Positions 63,845 through 64,000 of a DNA stretch of 64,000 nucleotides are shown piece by piece. The stretch is from the human T2T-CHM13v2.0 reference genome, Homo sapiens, in NCBI RefSeq assembly GCF_009914755.1, contig NC_060944.1. One strand, written 5' to 3'. A program made the position numbers and the translations under genes. How positions within the stretch are numbered: position 1 is the stretch's first letter; each line of letters opens with the position of its first letter. The notes below the pieces were generated by a model. It had not been told where the DNA came from. It saw nothing but the letters and a program-made list of their open reading frames with translations, and searched no databases.

Positions 63845-63969
63845 AATTTGCAGAGATGGGGTCTTCCTACGTTGCCCAGGCGGTCTCAAACTCCTGGACT
63901 TAAGCAATCCACCCACTTCAGCCTCCCAAAGTGCTAGGGTTACAAGCATCGAGCCACCGCACCCAGCCT
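63845..63969 (-). mobile_element. Alu left arm / FLAM-like fragment
   Basis: Reverse-complement Alu left-arm consensus. Confidence 0.8.
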
Positions 63970-64000
63970 GGAATTTGTCTTTAGTTCACATATTACTGCA

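Overview
Hominid (human or great-ape) genomic DNA, recognisable as the chr20q11.23 SNHG11-RALGAPB locus; the sequence alone does not fix the species or haplotype. The first ~2.5 kb is the 3' end of a spliced non-coding snoRNA host gene (SNHG11) carrying an intronic H/ACA snoRNA (SNORA60). About 24 kb of repeat-rich intergenic DNA follows, including a full-length antisense SVA and a ~3.5 kb AT-rich VNTR. A CpG-island promoter at ~26.3-27.1 kb starts RALGAPB (+ strand): non-coding exon 1 and coding exons 2-6 splice into one continuous frame of 872 coding nt, and the gene continues past the window. Almost all other ORFs in the track are Alu, SVA, L1, Tigger or low-complexity artefacts. The most notable unexplained structure is a ~338-bp, ~95%-identical non-Alu inverted duplication bracketing the 132-nt in-frame exon 6. 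Also notable: exon 2 (216 nt, flanked by inverted Alus) would form a stop-free ORF if circularised, a junction-spanning uORF ends 7 nt before the main AUG, and there are several templated-insertion scars. These are hypotheses from sequence only; no new biological system is demonstrated. Repeat boundaries are approximate and subfamily names come from recalled consensus sequences.
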